From the NCBI RefSeq assembly GCF_036321535.1, contig NC_087436.1, forward strand, positions 81,284,001 through 81,348,000: DNA of 64,000 nucleotides. The letters are read 5' to 3'. This DNA is from Camelus dromedarius. Lineage: Eukaryota. The notes below the pieces were generated by a model, which saw nothing but the letters and a program-made list of their open reading frames with translations, had not been told where the DNA came from and searched no databases. Position 1 is the first letter of the stretch; the number at the start of each line of letters is the position of its first letter. The position numbers were made by a program, and so were the translations under genes. Of the stretch, positions 43,411 through 57,179 are shown piece by piece.

Positions 43411-44009
43411 TCTGCTTTACCTCTCAGGGTCACTGTAGAAAGCAAACAAATCAAGAGATGTGATAGTAATTTGTAAACTGTAAATTATCATGCAATTGTC
43501 AATTGATATTATTATTAATCTTGCAGTTTTGCACTGCTCAAAAATAATAAATGTAGTGGGATATGAGAGAATTTTTAAAATTCTAATCTATATCTTCAAA
43601 AATGGTATGTATCCCCAAATTCAATGCTCTGTTTCATTCATCAGACTCTAAGCATCAAGGAAAGAGGTATAATAAATCTGTATTCAAGTGTGAAAATAAG
43701 TGCTCTAATATTTGCTCTGATAAAAGTATGGTATCTTTAATGCATGAGGCCCACAAATTTGCTAGACTCAGTAATCCCAACTTGAATGGCATGTCCTTGC
43801 AAAACTAGCTGCAGAGTGTTAATCATTTACATTGCAAATAAGCAATTAGATAAGTTATATGATTTATAGCTTTAAAGCTTAGTACTTTCTGGCTGAATGG
43901 CTGTCACTGAAGGAATAAAACGTGGATACAAGCTAATAGGATGAGTGTGGTTGAAATACATGAATTCTAAAATTTATAGCCTCTGCCTGCTGTAGGAAAT
44001 TTTCTTACC

Positions 44010-44182
44010 AGAGTAGTAGTTCTCAAACTTTATGATGTATCAGAATCTTCTGGCAGGTGTTTCAAAACAACAGATTATTGGGTCCTACCACCACAGTTTC
44101 TGATTCAGTTGGGCTTGGGCCCAAGCATTTCTAACAAGTTCTCAGTTGCCGCCCATCCTTTTAGACATACACATGGTTTCAT
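44010..44182. mobile_element. MER5A-type hAT-Charlie element
   Basis: 'agtagttctcaaacttt...atcagaatc...cagattattgggtcc...cagtttctgattcagt...gcatttctaacaagttctcag...cacacttggagaagcactg'. Confidence 0.75.
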
Positions 44183-47100
44183 CACACTTGGAGAAGCACT
44201 GCAATAAAAGATGTGTTGCTATGTTCACGTGGAGTATAAAGTTCAATGTGACTCCAAAACATTTCCCCAGAATTTTCCAATATTCCTCAATATGAAAGTC
44301 ATCATTTGTACTGTTGTGGGACCTCCTGATTGAAAACTGCTTCTAAGTTTAGATTCATGCAAGGCAATACACTCTGTCTTGCCTCACTGACGATGAATGG
44401 CATTCCATTTGCTACAAGTTGTGGATTGTTGCATCGGGACTTGCTTCCGCTGTGACTTCCACCTGTATCATCATTGTTGGAGTAACACCGATCTGGATAT
44501 ACGTGCCACTTATTCTATATCAATCAGATAAGATTTTGAATTCATTAATCTCCCAAACTAAGTCAACCTAAATGGGAAGACATAAATTCTAGATACTTCA
44601 GCTTTTCTAAGGAAACGTTCTATTTTATTTCTCAGAAGTTTTAATCAGAAGAATTTAATTAGATGCTGAGAAGGAAGTGACTAGATAGATTCTCAGCCTC
44701 TGATGTAAGTAAAAGTCAAATATACTATTGGATTCAAATTGAGATTCTGTTGACTGTTCAGTTCAATCTGGGAAACAACTAACCGATATGCAATAAATTA
44801 TATCATTTTATGGTTAATATACTCAGCACAAAGAGTAGGATTTTTGAAAGAATGGGTCCAAGAAATGTGAAAAGTTAGTGGAAATATAAATTATGCCTAT
44901 TTAAGGTTTTAAGTTTTTCATTAATCATTTAAAAGTAAATCTATCACAATTGTACTTTGAAAACATGACCATGGTGAAAATCAGTAATTTACTTGGAAAT
45001 TAAATCAGTAGTCACTCTCCTGTGAAAGTACTTTTCTTAACAAATATATTCAGAACGTTTGTCCAAAAATGTTGTTCCTACATTTTAAAAGATTCATATT
45101 ATATTTACTTTATCAAAAAATTTTAAGTTCAAAATTATTATAATGGCAATAATAATGACAGCAGAGCATCCTATGTCCCAAGCACTGCATAGAATAGTTT
45201 ATGATACTGTTATTTTGACTATTTCACAATAATGCTATGAGACAGGTGATCTTGTCACCCTCAGTTAAAGCTGAGAGATCTCACAGGTCGTTAGTGAGCA
45301 ATTTGAACTTGAGGAGTCTGGCTTCACTGTCTTAACTCTGAATCATTTTTCAGTACTTCTTTATACGCACATATTTGTTTTTGCAGTTTGATCCGGGCAG
45401 CACTTTTGCTCTAATATTCACACATTTGGACATTTCTTATAGTGAAGCTTGTAGAAAGGCAATCAGAAGTAACTTGTATGGTCCATGCTTTCTATATCTG
45501 TAGCCAAGTCGACTCCCAACAAGTCATTTCTAAATTTAATTATTAGAAATGTACCACAGTTAATTAATACCAATCTATAATTGGTTATAAATGTCCATTT
45601 ATAGCTACTTCTAGCTAAAATATAATCTAACTATATGTTGTAGGATGATTCCTTCTTATAAAGAGATTATGACCTAGTAAAAGGTATAAAAATATGTAAA
45701 ATAATATAAAGTATTCATGAAATTAAAATGTAGCATTACTTTTACTATAATGTGATGTAAACGTTTAGTTGTGTGTTTGTCGTGTACTGACCACAAACTA
45801 CAAACAGAATGATTATAGCCATTGGCCTTTAATTAATTCTCATTTCCTGGTTTAAGGGTTTTAAAATTTTCAAAATCTCATTAAAGATTTATGCAACTTT
45901 TCTATTGACAAAATGCAAAGAAATGTTGCTGCTCTGATATTTTGAAATTAACTTTTGAAGAAGAAATACTTGGAAAAAATTTGATTAACAAAGCATACCA
46001 AAACTTAATTTTCAGATAACAATGTCTCTATAATACACAAAACAACACGAAAAAAATTAAATATGATGTTGAATGTGAGGCCAATTTGTTTTCTGGCCTT
46101 ATTTTTTAAATTATGTGCTGTTTTATTATTTTCGTTGTTGTTGTTTATTAAGAGGTGATAATCTCCATAGAAACCTACAATTTGTTGTTTACACTTCACA
46201 TAACTTGTTGTTTTCCAAGTATCAGTCTCCATAAAAGGGTAGAAATGTCTTTCTAGCTCAGTAATTTTCCACTGAAATACTTCAGAATTTACTTCATATT
46301 TTGCAATTTTTCATTAGAGTTCTAATAAATATTCAGACTAAGTTTTGAAGAAAGTAATGCTTAAAAAAATTAAGACCTTGCAGTAGTCTGAGTGAAAATT
46401 AGAAGTGCTACTCAGAACACTAAATTATTTTTCTGTAATCTCTAATTAATTGAATAGTATGATAGGTCTAGTTTTGACCTGATTTGTAATTGGGAATGAG
46501 GAAACATTTTGCCTTTGAAATTATTAACAGTGTGAGAGTGTTTGCCAAAATGTCCTCAGGTCAGTACCATGAACTCTGCTTGCAGACTGAACTCAAATAT
46601 CAGTGACCACAGTTTCCTTTGGGCAACTTGTTTTAAATTTAAATACAAACAAGTAATTCACTATATATCTTTAAAACTTTGTTTACTTGAGACGATACAC
46701 ATATAATCCTTCACTTCTGATTAATTGTTTTGCTTTTTATTTCATAATTTTGACAGTTTACCATTATTTTTCTCCAAGGAAAAAAATCTCCCTTGGTGAC
46801 TATTTCTGGAAATTTCCACGCAATGCATTCAGTAAAATGTTTCCTTAAATATATTCTTTAAGAAAGGTAGCAGTCTCTTTCACTGAAAAGTCCTAGTTAC
46901 ATGACGGAGTCTACACTTTGAGCAGTGTCAGTCTCCTGTCCCAAATCTTCCCTTGGGAATGGACTCAGGGATGCATTTGGGGAAAGAGGGAGAAGAGGTT
47001 ATAGGTAAATTAATGAGAATTCAAAATTGAACAATTTTAAGCAACCTTGAGTAAGGTTAGTGATAATTATCTTCCAGCTTTTCTTGGCTTTTTATGGATT

Positions 47101-50100
47101 AGTGCTTTAATGACCATACAATTCTTATCATTTGTTCTTTTCAATAATTTTTCGTGAGGATAAAATAATACATGGTAGAACATCTGGAATAATACATGTA
47201 TTATAAAACAAAATGTGGTTGAGCATCTGCAAAGTGCAGAAAAGTATGAAAAGAGAGCAAAATAATTTCCAAACCTAGCATTCAGAGATAATCATTATTA
47301 AAATTATTGTGTATTTCAATCTAGCATCTTATTTATCTGGCTTTCTACCTTTATGAAAATAGAGATGATATCATATGTAAAATTTGTACCTTTCCTTTTG
47401 TATAATAAAAGCTCATATTAATAAATATTCTTTGAAATCCTATTTTACTGATTGCATCATAAAGAATATTAGTCATACTCCTATAAGCATTTAGCATGTA
47501 TATCTTAGCATACCATATCCAATATTTCTCTTAAAGATTTAAAAATTCTTTGTGAAGTTTTTCATCAAAAACATTATTATATTTTAAATTATTATTTTAT
47601 AATTATAAGAGGAGTTGAAATTTTCATATGGTAAATGGGTATTTGTATTTCTTTTTTGAATTAACTATGCATCTAATATAGATTTCTTTAACCTATTTTT
47701 AAGTTTTACTTGAAGCTTTTTCTTAGTCTATTAAGTTCATTAGGTTTTTCTTCAATCTATCTTTTAATTTTTGCAAAAGTTAATCATGCCAAGAGTTTTA
47801 TTTCGGAGTATTTTATTTCTGGAAAGGAAAAATTCATATCAAATCTAAATATACAGAAGCTCCCAATGAAATATACACAACTTTCAATTACATATACATG
47901 AGAACAGTTGACTGATGTGACCTAGTTAACTTAAAATCACAAACACTTGAAGAGTTAACACTGGCACCAAAGCATTGCTAACAACCCCAGTTAACATCTA
48001 AAAGTGTATACTATTTACTTATACATTGTGTCCTTTAAAATGTGTGCAAATCCACCATCATCTAAAGTACTATTAAAAAATAAAAATAAAACTGCATAGG
48101 TATTTATGTTCAAGCAGAATTTAAGATTGGAGAATGTGGACTGGCTATAATTTTACACATGTATATGTCTATATTCAGTATAGTACATTTATATGGATTG
48201 AAAATGACTTCCTCAGATAGTCTCACCCCAGTGATAATTACATCTCAAGTCTGCTTGTTAAAATTTCACCTTTTGAAGGAATTTTAGATTCACAAATAGT
48301 TAAATAGTTAAGCCCCCTAAAGAACTGACAGAGTGAAACTTGATCCACCTGGTTGAAAGTCAATATTGAGTGTATTCATTTATCAAATCATACATTTAAT
48401 CAATTGTTTTTGAGCCCCTTCAGTTGCAAGGCACAGTACTAGACTCTCAGAACCGAAGGGTTATGAATTAGAACAGATGGCATCTCCAGTTAGAAGTCAC
48501 GTAGTTTTAGTACAGAGAATTCAGTTCATAGCTATATAAATGTCTCCAGTCGTTTTAATCACATTCTTAGCAATGCATCTATATTTCCACTGAGACTCAG
48601 AAGAAGTTTTTCTAAATCTTTTCCCCCTCTCTTGCTGATTCACTGAGGAATCACGATCTATATCCATGGGTGAAATCCACAGATGGGATTTCATATCTGT
48701 GATTGGCAGTCAAAATGAGACTTAGGGTCAGACACATGGCACCACTGGTAGAGATAGAGCATCAAATGAAAAGTCAGAGGATAATGGCCGGTTGTGCTTA
48801 TCATTCTCTGTCATCCCTGCTTTTGGGCAGAAACACACTCCAGGGCTGTCACTCTCTCTTTACTAGGGCTGTTTCTGCCGGGGCTGAGAGTGACACAGCA
48901 GGATATTACTGTCTGAACTGCTCTGCATCCTCCAGGCAAAGACAATAATTAAAACACTCTGATTTCAAAAATGGCAAATTTTTTGGCCCAGCACTGTGGT
49001 ATAAGTGGATCAGAATACAGAATAAATGTTTGGTACTGTGCCATGCCAAATGAAGCATCTTTTTCTTTTGTCATTTAGTTCCTTCTGCCATGTGTATGTC
49101 ATACAGCCATGCATATGCACATTAAAGTGTGACAAATTTCCATCCACATACACTGTACAATTTTAACGTGCATTGTTATGTATCAAAGAAAGATAGACTT
49201 TAAAAAAAACTTCCTATGTGCACCAAGCACTTACTAGACATTCTAGACTTAGTTGTCTGTCTCTGAAGTCAAATTAAATGTAATATGTCCTTTTTGCATT
49301 TATAGGTGTTGGAGACAGTTAAATGAGACTGAATTAATATTTACAGAATTTCTTTGAGCCTAACACAGTGCTAGTATTTTAACTTTATTTTATTTAATTA
49401 TCACAAAAATTTACTATATAGGGATTATGGTTTTTAAAGCATGACTAAAGATACTGAGTTTCCAGAAGTTAAGTGATTCCCCAGAAGTCAAACAGCTAAT
49501 ATAAAATAGAACTGCAATTTCAGCTCAGTTTTCTCTGATTTCCCAAACCTACGATTTTTCAGATACAAGCCGCTTAAACTGATGACTGACCTAGGACAGA
49601 CCTAAAGATGTAAGAGGGTCGTTGTTTCCCTGATAGTGAGATGGTCTCTGTAATGTGAGAAGGCTAGTCTTGTTGATTCAAGAGATTTGTAAACATTAGG
49701 AAACTGATTTGATGTGGTCCCTCATGCACATAACCCCATTCAGTTGTATTAAAGTGTAAAACACCATTCTGGCTGTTCAGTTGGTTGGCTTAAAATTTTT
49801 TCACTTCTCTAACCTAACCCCTCATCTGTTCTGTTAATTTACATCAGTGCTAGAAAGGTTTTATTTCTCAACCTGGTCCATTTGTATAAAATTTGGTTAC
49901 AAACTCAAATGCCTACAGAGCTTTGTGAATGTGGTTGGATGTGAAAGGGTCGGGAGTGGTGGGGATCTGTTGTAAATTGGAGGCTGCAAACTCCTCATAA
50001 ATGTGTTTGATTTTGAGTCCCTTCAATTGCAAGATGCGGTACCAGGCTCTCAGAACTTAAAAGAGTTGGGCAATAGAATAGATGGTATCTCATCTGATCC

Positions 50101-51158
50101 ACTTAAAAACAAACAAAAAACAACATCTCAAACTAAACGCCTGGATATAAATTAATCCAACCCATGCCTGCAAGTTTACAGCACTTAGTGAAAATTAAAT
50201 GTTCATAGATGTTTGAGTGCTTTAGAAGTGAGTATACTACTGGAATGTTATCAGAATTCAGTTAAATATTTAATAATCTATTTTCTTAATTATTCCTTCT
50301 GTGAACAACCCTTAATTATTTTCAGAGAGCGTGAAGCGGTGCAGTCACTGATACTTGTCTTCAGAAATACCCCTTTAAACATAAAAACACCTTGAGGCCT
50401 CCAGCATTTCAAAGTGGATATTAGAGATTATAAAGGTTTTAAAGTGTATGAGTTGTTTTGGGGGTGGAAGTAAGAAACCATCAAGCATGGAGGCACTGCT
50501 GGGGTTTCCTAAAGTTCACCCTTACGTGCAAGGGCTCTCTGGGACGTTGATTTGGCCATTGTGACTGGCCAGCCTGTGTCTTCTTCTTTTGTTTGTCCCC
50601 CTGAAGGTGTGATCTGGGGGAGGAGGCTCCCCTTCCAGGACAGAGCAATAGAGAGGATCTCTGGATCAGATTTTCACACGTGGCTCTTTTCCCCTTCCTA
50701 GGACCGCTGTACCATGATGTCCCAGCGTCCTCATTGTGTGCATAAGTCGTACTCAGACTGTTTCAGCACTTGCTTCACATGAAAACCCAGGCTTTGTGGA
50801 CCACTTTTCCATCTTTCATTTTGCTTTTGCTTTTTCTCCCTATTCAGCAGTGCAGTGTGAATAGACTGGATTATGAGTTAATGCAGGCCTGTGAGTTGTT
50901 GCTAGGACAAAAAGCTAGGCTTTGTTTGGGGAAGGACGTTTGTTTGCTGGCTTTCTCCTGGAAACAGGAGTCTTTCCCTTTTAAGCAGATTGTTTTTCCC
51001 ATGCTGAAACCATGGTAAATATTTCCGATTCGTTGCATAGAACCTAGTGCTAGCTGCATTAGGTGCAGTCTGTGTTCCAGGAATTTCCTGGGAGCCCGTT
51101 GATGGGGGCTCTTCTGCTGAGCACACACTCATGTGTTACTGCTGCTGTCTTCTTACAG

Positions 51159-51281
51159 GAGGCGATCGAGATCGGATGACAGCAAATCATGAGAGCTACC
51201 TCCTCATGGCGAGCACCCAGAATGATATGGAGGACTGGGTCAAGTCTATCCGCCGAGTCATATGGGGACCATTCGGAGGAG
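51159..51281 (+). CDS. ARHGAP24: ARHGAP24 (FilGAP) internal coding exon, C-terminal part of PH domain (123 bp, phase 1 to phase 1)
   Basis: Acceptor ctgctgtcttcttacAG (AG at 51157-51158) and donor G|GTGAGT (51282). Translation (G)[40 protein letters not shown](G) matches my recall of mammalian ARHGAP24, including the PH C-terminal helix '[10 protein letters not shown]'. Confidence 0.97.
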
Positions 51282-52381
51282 GTGAGTGTATTTTAAAATC
51301 ATGGAAAAACAGAAAGGTAGTCCAAACCTGTTCTTTGTTTTCTCCAGTCAGTGCCACAATCAGCTCCTACTTTCAAAGGGATGAATATTAAAATAAATAG
51401 TAAACAATCCATGTATTGTTAGGCAGATACCTAGGTAACTCCTAGAAGTTTAATTTATATCAAATATCATTAGTAAGCAACCTTCATCCATGAATATCTT
51501 GAATTAGAAAAAGGGATAATATTTTTCCTTTATTTTGGATTTTTTTTCATTTTACTAATAATAAACAGTTATGAGCCTAAACCATAAATGTAGATCAGTT
51601 AATAACATGCAGATATGGGGCAAAAAATATTTTGACTATAGTTTTGGAAGAGATTTCAGCCCCCAGATGCTCAGTGGTATCAAAGCGGAGTGGCAAAGCA
51701 TTGGAAGAGAATCGGATAATTAGTGGAGTGAAAAAAAAGGTTTGTCATCAGGAAAGTGTTTGTGGATTTGATAACAGGTTTTTTAAAAAATCTTAGTTAA
51801 GACAGTATAGAGAATGCATCATATGAAGAATAAACTACATTCTTAGTGCTATGAATAGAGCTAAAAGGAAGAAGGAAGGATAAAAGGTGATCTTTTCTAT
51901 CAGGTAATATAAAATAGAATGGTATAAACAGAAAAAATATTTAGGGAAAAAATTCAGTAAATGGAACTGAAAGGATAAGGACCCCAAAATATTCATCTAC
52001 AACCAACATGTATTTCCAAGAATATAAAGCCAAACTGTTTTATATTGAGGTTGTTAAAATAAATGGTATTAAATTAAATTCATAATTTGTAAAGCAATTA
52101 CAATTTTCATGTTTATTTTATATTCTCTTTTGCACATTGTCAGCACCCTGAATTCAGAGATGAATTTTTTTCCCTTAACGTATCGGATATCCCTTAAGCT
52201 AACAGTCAGCTTTACATTTTAGCATAACTTCAAAAGCTTAGTTTAAAAAAGTTGACAATTTAGGTTAAAGTTAAAATAGTAAAGATTCCTGGCAGACATG
52301 TCGATATTTTACAAGGGTAGTGACACATGCCTGCAAATTGTCTGTTCTTTAGTGGTCTCTCCTGAGGGGCAGACTCCTAAC

Positions 52382-52514
52382 CGAAGTGACCATTCATCCC
52401 AGTTTGCCTGGTAACAGTCTGGCTTACAACTGTTGTCCCTGGCTAATTATTGATGGTGCTACCTTTCACTCTCACAGTGTCCTGGTTTGGGTGACAACTA
52501 GTATGGCCACTCTA
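52382..52514. mobile_element. hAT-Blackjack MITE (MER94-like), near full length
   Basis: ~133 bp with degenerate terminal inverted repeats (gtgaccat ... atggccactcta) and internal 'cccagtttgcctgg...tgttgtccc...cctttcactctca...gtgtcctggtttgg'. Confidence 0.75.
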
Positions 52515-53104
52515 GTCAGGCACTAAAATGGCTAGTAAGTGAATATAGGAAATGTTTGAAGAGGCTGGTGGGATGAGATCCGCCCCCCCAGTGCCTTAGC
52601 AGAGGATTCCTCATGATTATTCATGAGAGGTGCATACTCAGCCACTGGAAGTGTGCTGCTACCTCCAGGGTCAAAGATTTATGGGAAAGCCTAGCGATAT
52701 GTCTTTTCAAAGTTCCTGTTGTTTCTAAAGACCATCTTTTCCCCTCCATTATCAGATTTCTGGGGCTCCTGAGTTCAGGAGGATTCTTAATATCTGCTGA
52801 AAGTGGTACTTTTGTTGAAGGATTATTTCCATTATGTGTGCTGTTTTCTCCCTTTTGTCCTCTTCCATCTGTCCTTCTCTCAAGAAAAATGGAGGAGATC
52901 CAGTTAGTGTCACCAAATCGGTGGCCACAGGAGGTCCTAGGAGCCCAGGAATATCACAAATAACCCTAGTGGGGCTGGGCAAGAGCTATCTATTCATCTT
53001 CAAATTTATAAACCTAGAAGGCATACTCTAGCCGTTGATTGGTTTTTATACTTTATCCTGTGGAATATACTTCAGGGATTTGGCAAATGCTTGATTCAGA
53101 TTTG

Positions 53105-53341
53105 CTTTTTTTGTTTGTTTTTATTTCATATTTATTTATTTTAAGTGAAATCTAGTCAGTTTACAATGTTATGTTAATTTCTGGTGTACAGCATAATAAT
53201 TCAGTCCTACATATACATACATATATTCCTTTTCATATTCTTTTTTTCATTATAGGTTACTGCAAGATACTGAATATAGTTCCCTGTGCTATACAGTATA
53301 AACTTGCTGTTTATCCATTTTATATAAAGTAGTTAATATCT
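53105..53341 (-). mobile_element. Short 5'-truncated L1 3' end (younger, cetartiodactyl-like)
   Basis: T-rich tail followed by 'tagtcagtttacaatgtt...tttctggtgtacagcata...gaatatagttccctgtgctatacagta', the reverse complement of an L1 3' terminus. Homologous to 63110-63527. Confidence 0.85.
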
Positions 53342-54059
53342 TAAAGAAATATATTTTAGCATAGTGCACTTACCATAGAAACAATACTCCAAAGAATAAA
53401 TTTTCTCTTGACCTTTTTGTTTAATTGAAGAGTATTATGAGGTTGCAAGGCAAGCTCTTAAAGTACTCATTTAACTTGCAAGAAATCTTTTTGTGATTCA
53501 TCTGAACGTCAGAATTTTCTGAAGTTATTACAGAACCAAACTGAATGCTGACCCTGATAAAAGACTGCAGATGTCACCCATAATCTTGTGTTCAAAAGCT
53601 TGTATTAGTATGGCCCCTCTCTACTGATTGATTGAATTTTAAAGAAATGTTATAAATTCGGGTTGAAGACAATAAATTTATATGACTAAGAACCCTTTTA
53701 TTTACCATACACATTGGGATTCCACTTAGCATTTCATTGACAATAAGTTTCTCACCGATTAAGAGTATTTTACAACCACTATACTAGTTCAACCTGATAT
53801 TTTGTAGATTAGGTCATTAAGACCCAGAGATGATGAATGACTTGCCGAGTGTCATACTGTCAGCAACATAAGTAGGAAGAAAACCCATCTCTTCTGGCTT
53901 GTGAGCTTCTTCCTGCACAACAGAGTGATCTGTTAGTCCTACTATGGGAGTGAAAACCCCACAACTGTAAGTCCATGCCTGATTGACAGTATATCCTTCA
54001 GTACATGAGAAAAATAAAGGTTTTTGAAGTATGATAAGGATAATGCATATAATTGAGTC

Positions 54060-55072
54060 CTTCAAAGATATCTGAATGAATACCGTCAAGGAAGTGAAAA
54101 CACAAACCACAGAATAGGAGGCGTATTTCCAGATTGTATATCTGATTTTGGGCTTGTATCTAGAATATATAAATAACTCTTAGAACTCAAAAATAAAGAA
54201 AAACCAAAAATCTGACCCAATTAGATTCACTTAAAGATGGGCAAAGAATCTGAATAAACACTTCTGCAAGGAAAATATACAAATGGCCAATAAGCACATG
54301 AAAAGATGCTTAGTGCTTATTAGTTATCAGGGAAATACAATTCAAAAACACAGTGAGATACCACTTCATACACACTAAGATTGCTAGAATCAAAAAGTTC
54401 AATAATAACAATACGGTGAGGATGTGGAGAAATTGAAACCCTCCTATACTACTGATGGGAATGTGAAATATAGCTGCTTTGGGAAACAGTCCAGAAGTTC
54501 CTCAAATGATTAAACATGGAGTTAACCATATGACACAGCCTTTGCACTCTTAGGTATATACCCAAGAGAAATGAAAAATGGATGGCCACACAGAAACTTG
54601 TACATCAATATTTATGGCAGCATTATTCCAATAGCCAGAAAGTGGAAACACCCAAATGTCCATCAATGGACAAACAGATAAACAGAAAGTGGTATATTCA
54701 TACAATAGATTATTCAGCCATAAAAAGAATGAGGTACTGATACATGCTACAACGTGAACTAACCTTGAAAACATCATGCTCAGTGAAAGAAGCCAGTCAC
54801 AAAAGACCACATATATACTATTCAATTTACATGAAAGTACAGAACAGAGAAATCTGTAGAGACAGAAGGTTAGGGCTGGGATGGGGAAATAAGGGGTTCG
54901 GAGCAGGGTGATGGCCAAAACAAATGGGATCTCTTTTTTAGGTGACGAAGTGTTCTAAAATTAACTGTGATGACAATTGCATATATCTGAGTTTACTAAA
55001 AACCATTGAATTGTACACTTTAAATGGGAGAATGCTATGATATATAGATTATAACAGGAAAGCTGTTAAAAA
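54060..55072 (+). mobile_element. L1 (L1M-type) 3' fragment: end of ORF2 plus 3' UTR
   Basis: Classic L1 3' motifs: 'caaatggccaataagcacatgaaaagatgct', 'gagataccacttcatacacac', 'ggtatatacccaagagaaatgaaa', 'cccaaatgtccatcaatgga', 'gccataaaaagaatgaggtactgatacatgctacaac', ending 'aaagctgttaaaaa'. Confidence 0.92.
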
Positions 55073-56139
55073 TTCCTGAATCACTTAATTGCTTTTCATA
55101 AGTGAATGCGTTTCCCTTTACTATTTTAGTCATAGAATCCAAGACAGTTAATCCTAAATAAAAAACCTGTTGGCTTCCAACCTTCTTCTCACTGCTCAAA
55201 GATTGTGTGGTCATTGATTAAGTGGCAACTGTGAAGACAATTTGGAAGGTGACATAGCACCCCGATTTATCAATTTCTGTATACCACCTTTGCATGCATT
55301 TTAAGTGTGTTTATTACAGAGAGGGCATTTCGTTGTCTGCAGTGCAGTTTTAAACCTGTGTTTTTAAATAGTTAAAGTTTTTCATGAAGCACTGAAGCTT
55401 ATCTTTGGTAAGGTCGTTTATACATGTAAAAGATTCTTTCTTTACCATTTCAATAATAGATATTTGATCAAAATACAGGAGACACCTGAGGAGTTTTCAT
55501 TTCTAAATTTTCAGTATTTAGAAATTAAAAACTGTGAAGTGAAAATCAAGATACAGGGCTTTGGTATTTCTTTTTTTTTGAAACAAAGCAAACTTACAAC
55601 AAATATTCAAATGATGGAAAGGAACCAGTGTAAATGCAAAAAGTAGACATTCTCTGTTATCAAATGAGTGTGGTAACCAAGTTCAGTATTGAATCTAAGA
55701 TACCTCACTGTCTGTTATATGTTTAACCCTTCCCTCCACCACCATAAACAGTTGTTTCCCTCTCAACCATGCTAAGAGGCACATGGTTTCTGCCTAAAAG
55801 TCAGATCCAAAAGTTGGGCTGTCAAAACATTTATTTAACTTTGGAGAAGTTTAGGGTTTTGTTTTTGTTTTATTTGCTCCTGGTTGTCTTTTTCACTGGG
55901 TTTCTTTTCAGTTGTTTTTGAGGCAATGTATATGGAAGTACCCAGCCCAGAGCTGGGGAGAGCGAGAACCCGTTCACTGTTCATTTGAGCTGAGTGGATG
56001 GCTTAACTTTAGCTACTAACAAAGTCAGATTCTTTCTGTATATTTCTGTCTCCTAATGAAAAGAGTTGTCAGAGATGTATCAAGGCAGTAAAAATACTGA
56101 ATGTGAATAACCCTCAGGATGAGCAATTAGCATGTGAGC

Positions 56140-56305
56140 CAGCAGGGGTTCAGAGGCTCTGTGGTCCTGCCTCTGACACAGGCTGCTGTGTGATCCTGGA
56201 TAAATGGTGTTACCCTCTCACCTTTAGTTTCCTCACTTGTGAAACAAGAAAATTGGACAAAACTGTTTTAACCAAGATTCTCTCTAGCTCCAAAGTCCTG
56301 TGATT
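56140..56305 (+). mobile_element. MIR/MIR3 SINE
   Basis: 'gctgtgtgatcctggataaat...accctctca...agtttcctcacttgtgaaacaagaaaattggac...tctagctccaaagtcctgtgatt'. Confidence 0.65.
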
Positions 56306-56835
56306 ACATGTGTTTCCTCCATACCAAGGCTCAGATAAGTGAAGTTTTCATTTGGCCAAGGTGTCTCCCCTCCAGCACTGCCGCTGTCTTGGTGGCACCG
56401 AGTTAGACTTCATGGTTCCCTGTGATCCTAGCAGTGTGCTGTGACACAGGACGTAAAAACAATGTTTGAGCGATGGGGCAGAAATAATTAATAATGATTC
56501 CCTCAGTGACAAAATATTACCTATCTGGGCATGCTGGTCAAAAACAATGATGTTTCTAAAGGGAGTATCTTTTGAGTACCCTTCAGAGTTTTTGATTGCT
56601 CCTGCTGAATGGCTAAGAAGGGACCGAGAGGCCTCGGGGGTCAGTTGGGGTTAAAGCACTAGCATTCCAAATCTGCTCATGGAACAGCCAGGTGGTGAAT
56701 GATTAACCCAGTGAGTAAATTGTTCAGTGAGTAGAACCCAGAGGGTTGGTAGACATGGAGGCTGGGGTGTAGCCAGTCCATGCACAAGCAAGGGAGAAAG
56801 TTGAGAACAGAACTGCTTTTCAAACCACAGCCAAA

Positions 56836-56894
56836 TACATATATATATGTATATATATGTATGAAAATGCATAAACACACACACACACACACAT
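56836..56894. repeat. (TA)n-like and (CA)n microsatellites upstream of internal promoter
   Basis: tacatatatatatgtatatatatgtatg ... acacacacacacacacaca. Confidence 0.9.
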
Positions 56895-57179
56895 ATGAGT
56901 TGAGTTGACTTGTTTTGTGATTATACCTGCAGATTCTTTGTTGCTAAATTTTGAATATTTTTCTGTTTTACACATGCATATGCACAAATGCACACACGTT
57001 TTAATGATGTGCACATTTAAATCAACACTCACAAATAGATCCAGTTGCAAAGTATCTGGGGAAAAAAACCTTGGAAGAGAATAAGTGAAGAAAAGAAGGG
57101 GCAAAAAGTCTACTCCCTTGGGATGGTTTGGGGCTGTTTGGTTTGGTTTGGGGCTGAGACAGCCAGCTGTAAAGGTGCT

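Noticed and set aside
51047..51391. 114-aa ORF as a standalone gene
   Set aside because: Only 51159-51281 is coding and it is bounded by canonical splice sites. The flanks are intronic read-through.
54550..54918. 122-aa minus-strand ORF
   Set aside because: It is an antisense reading of the L1 3' fragment.
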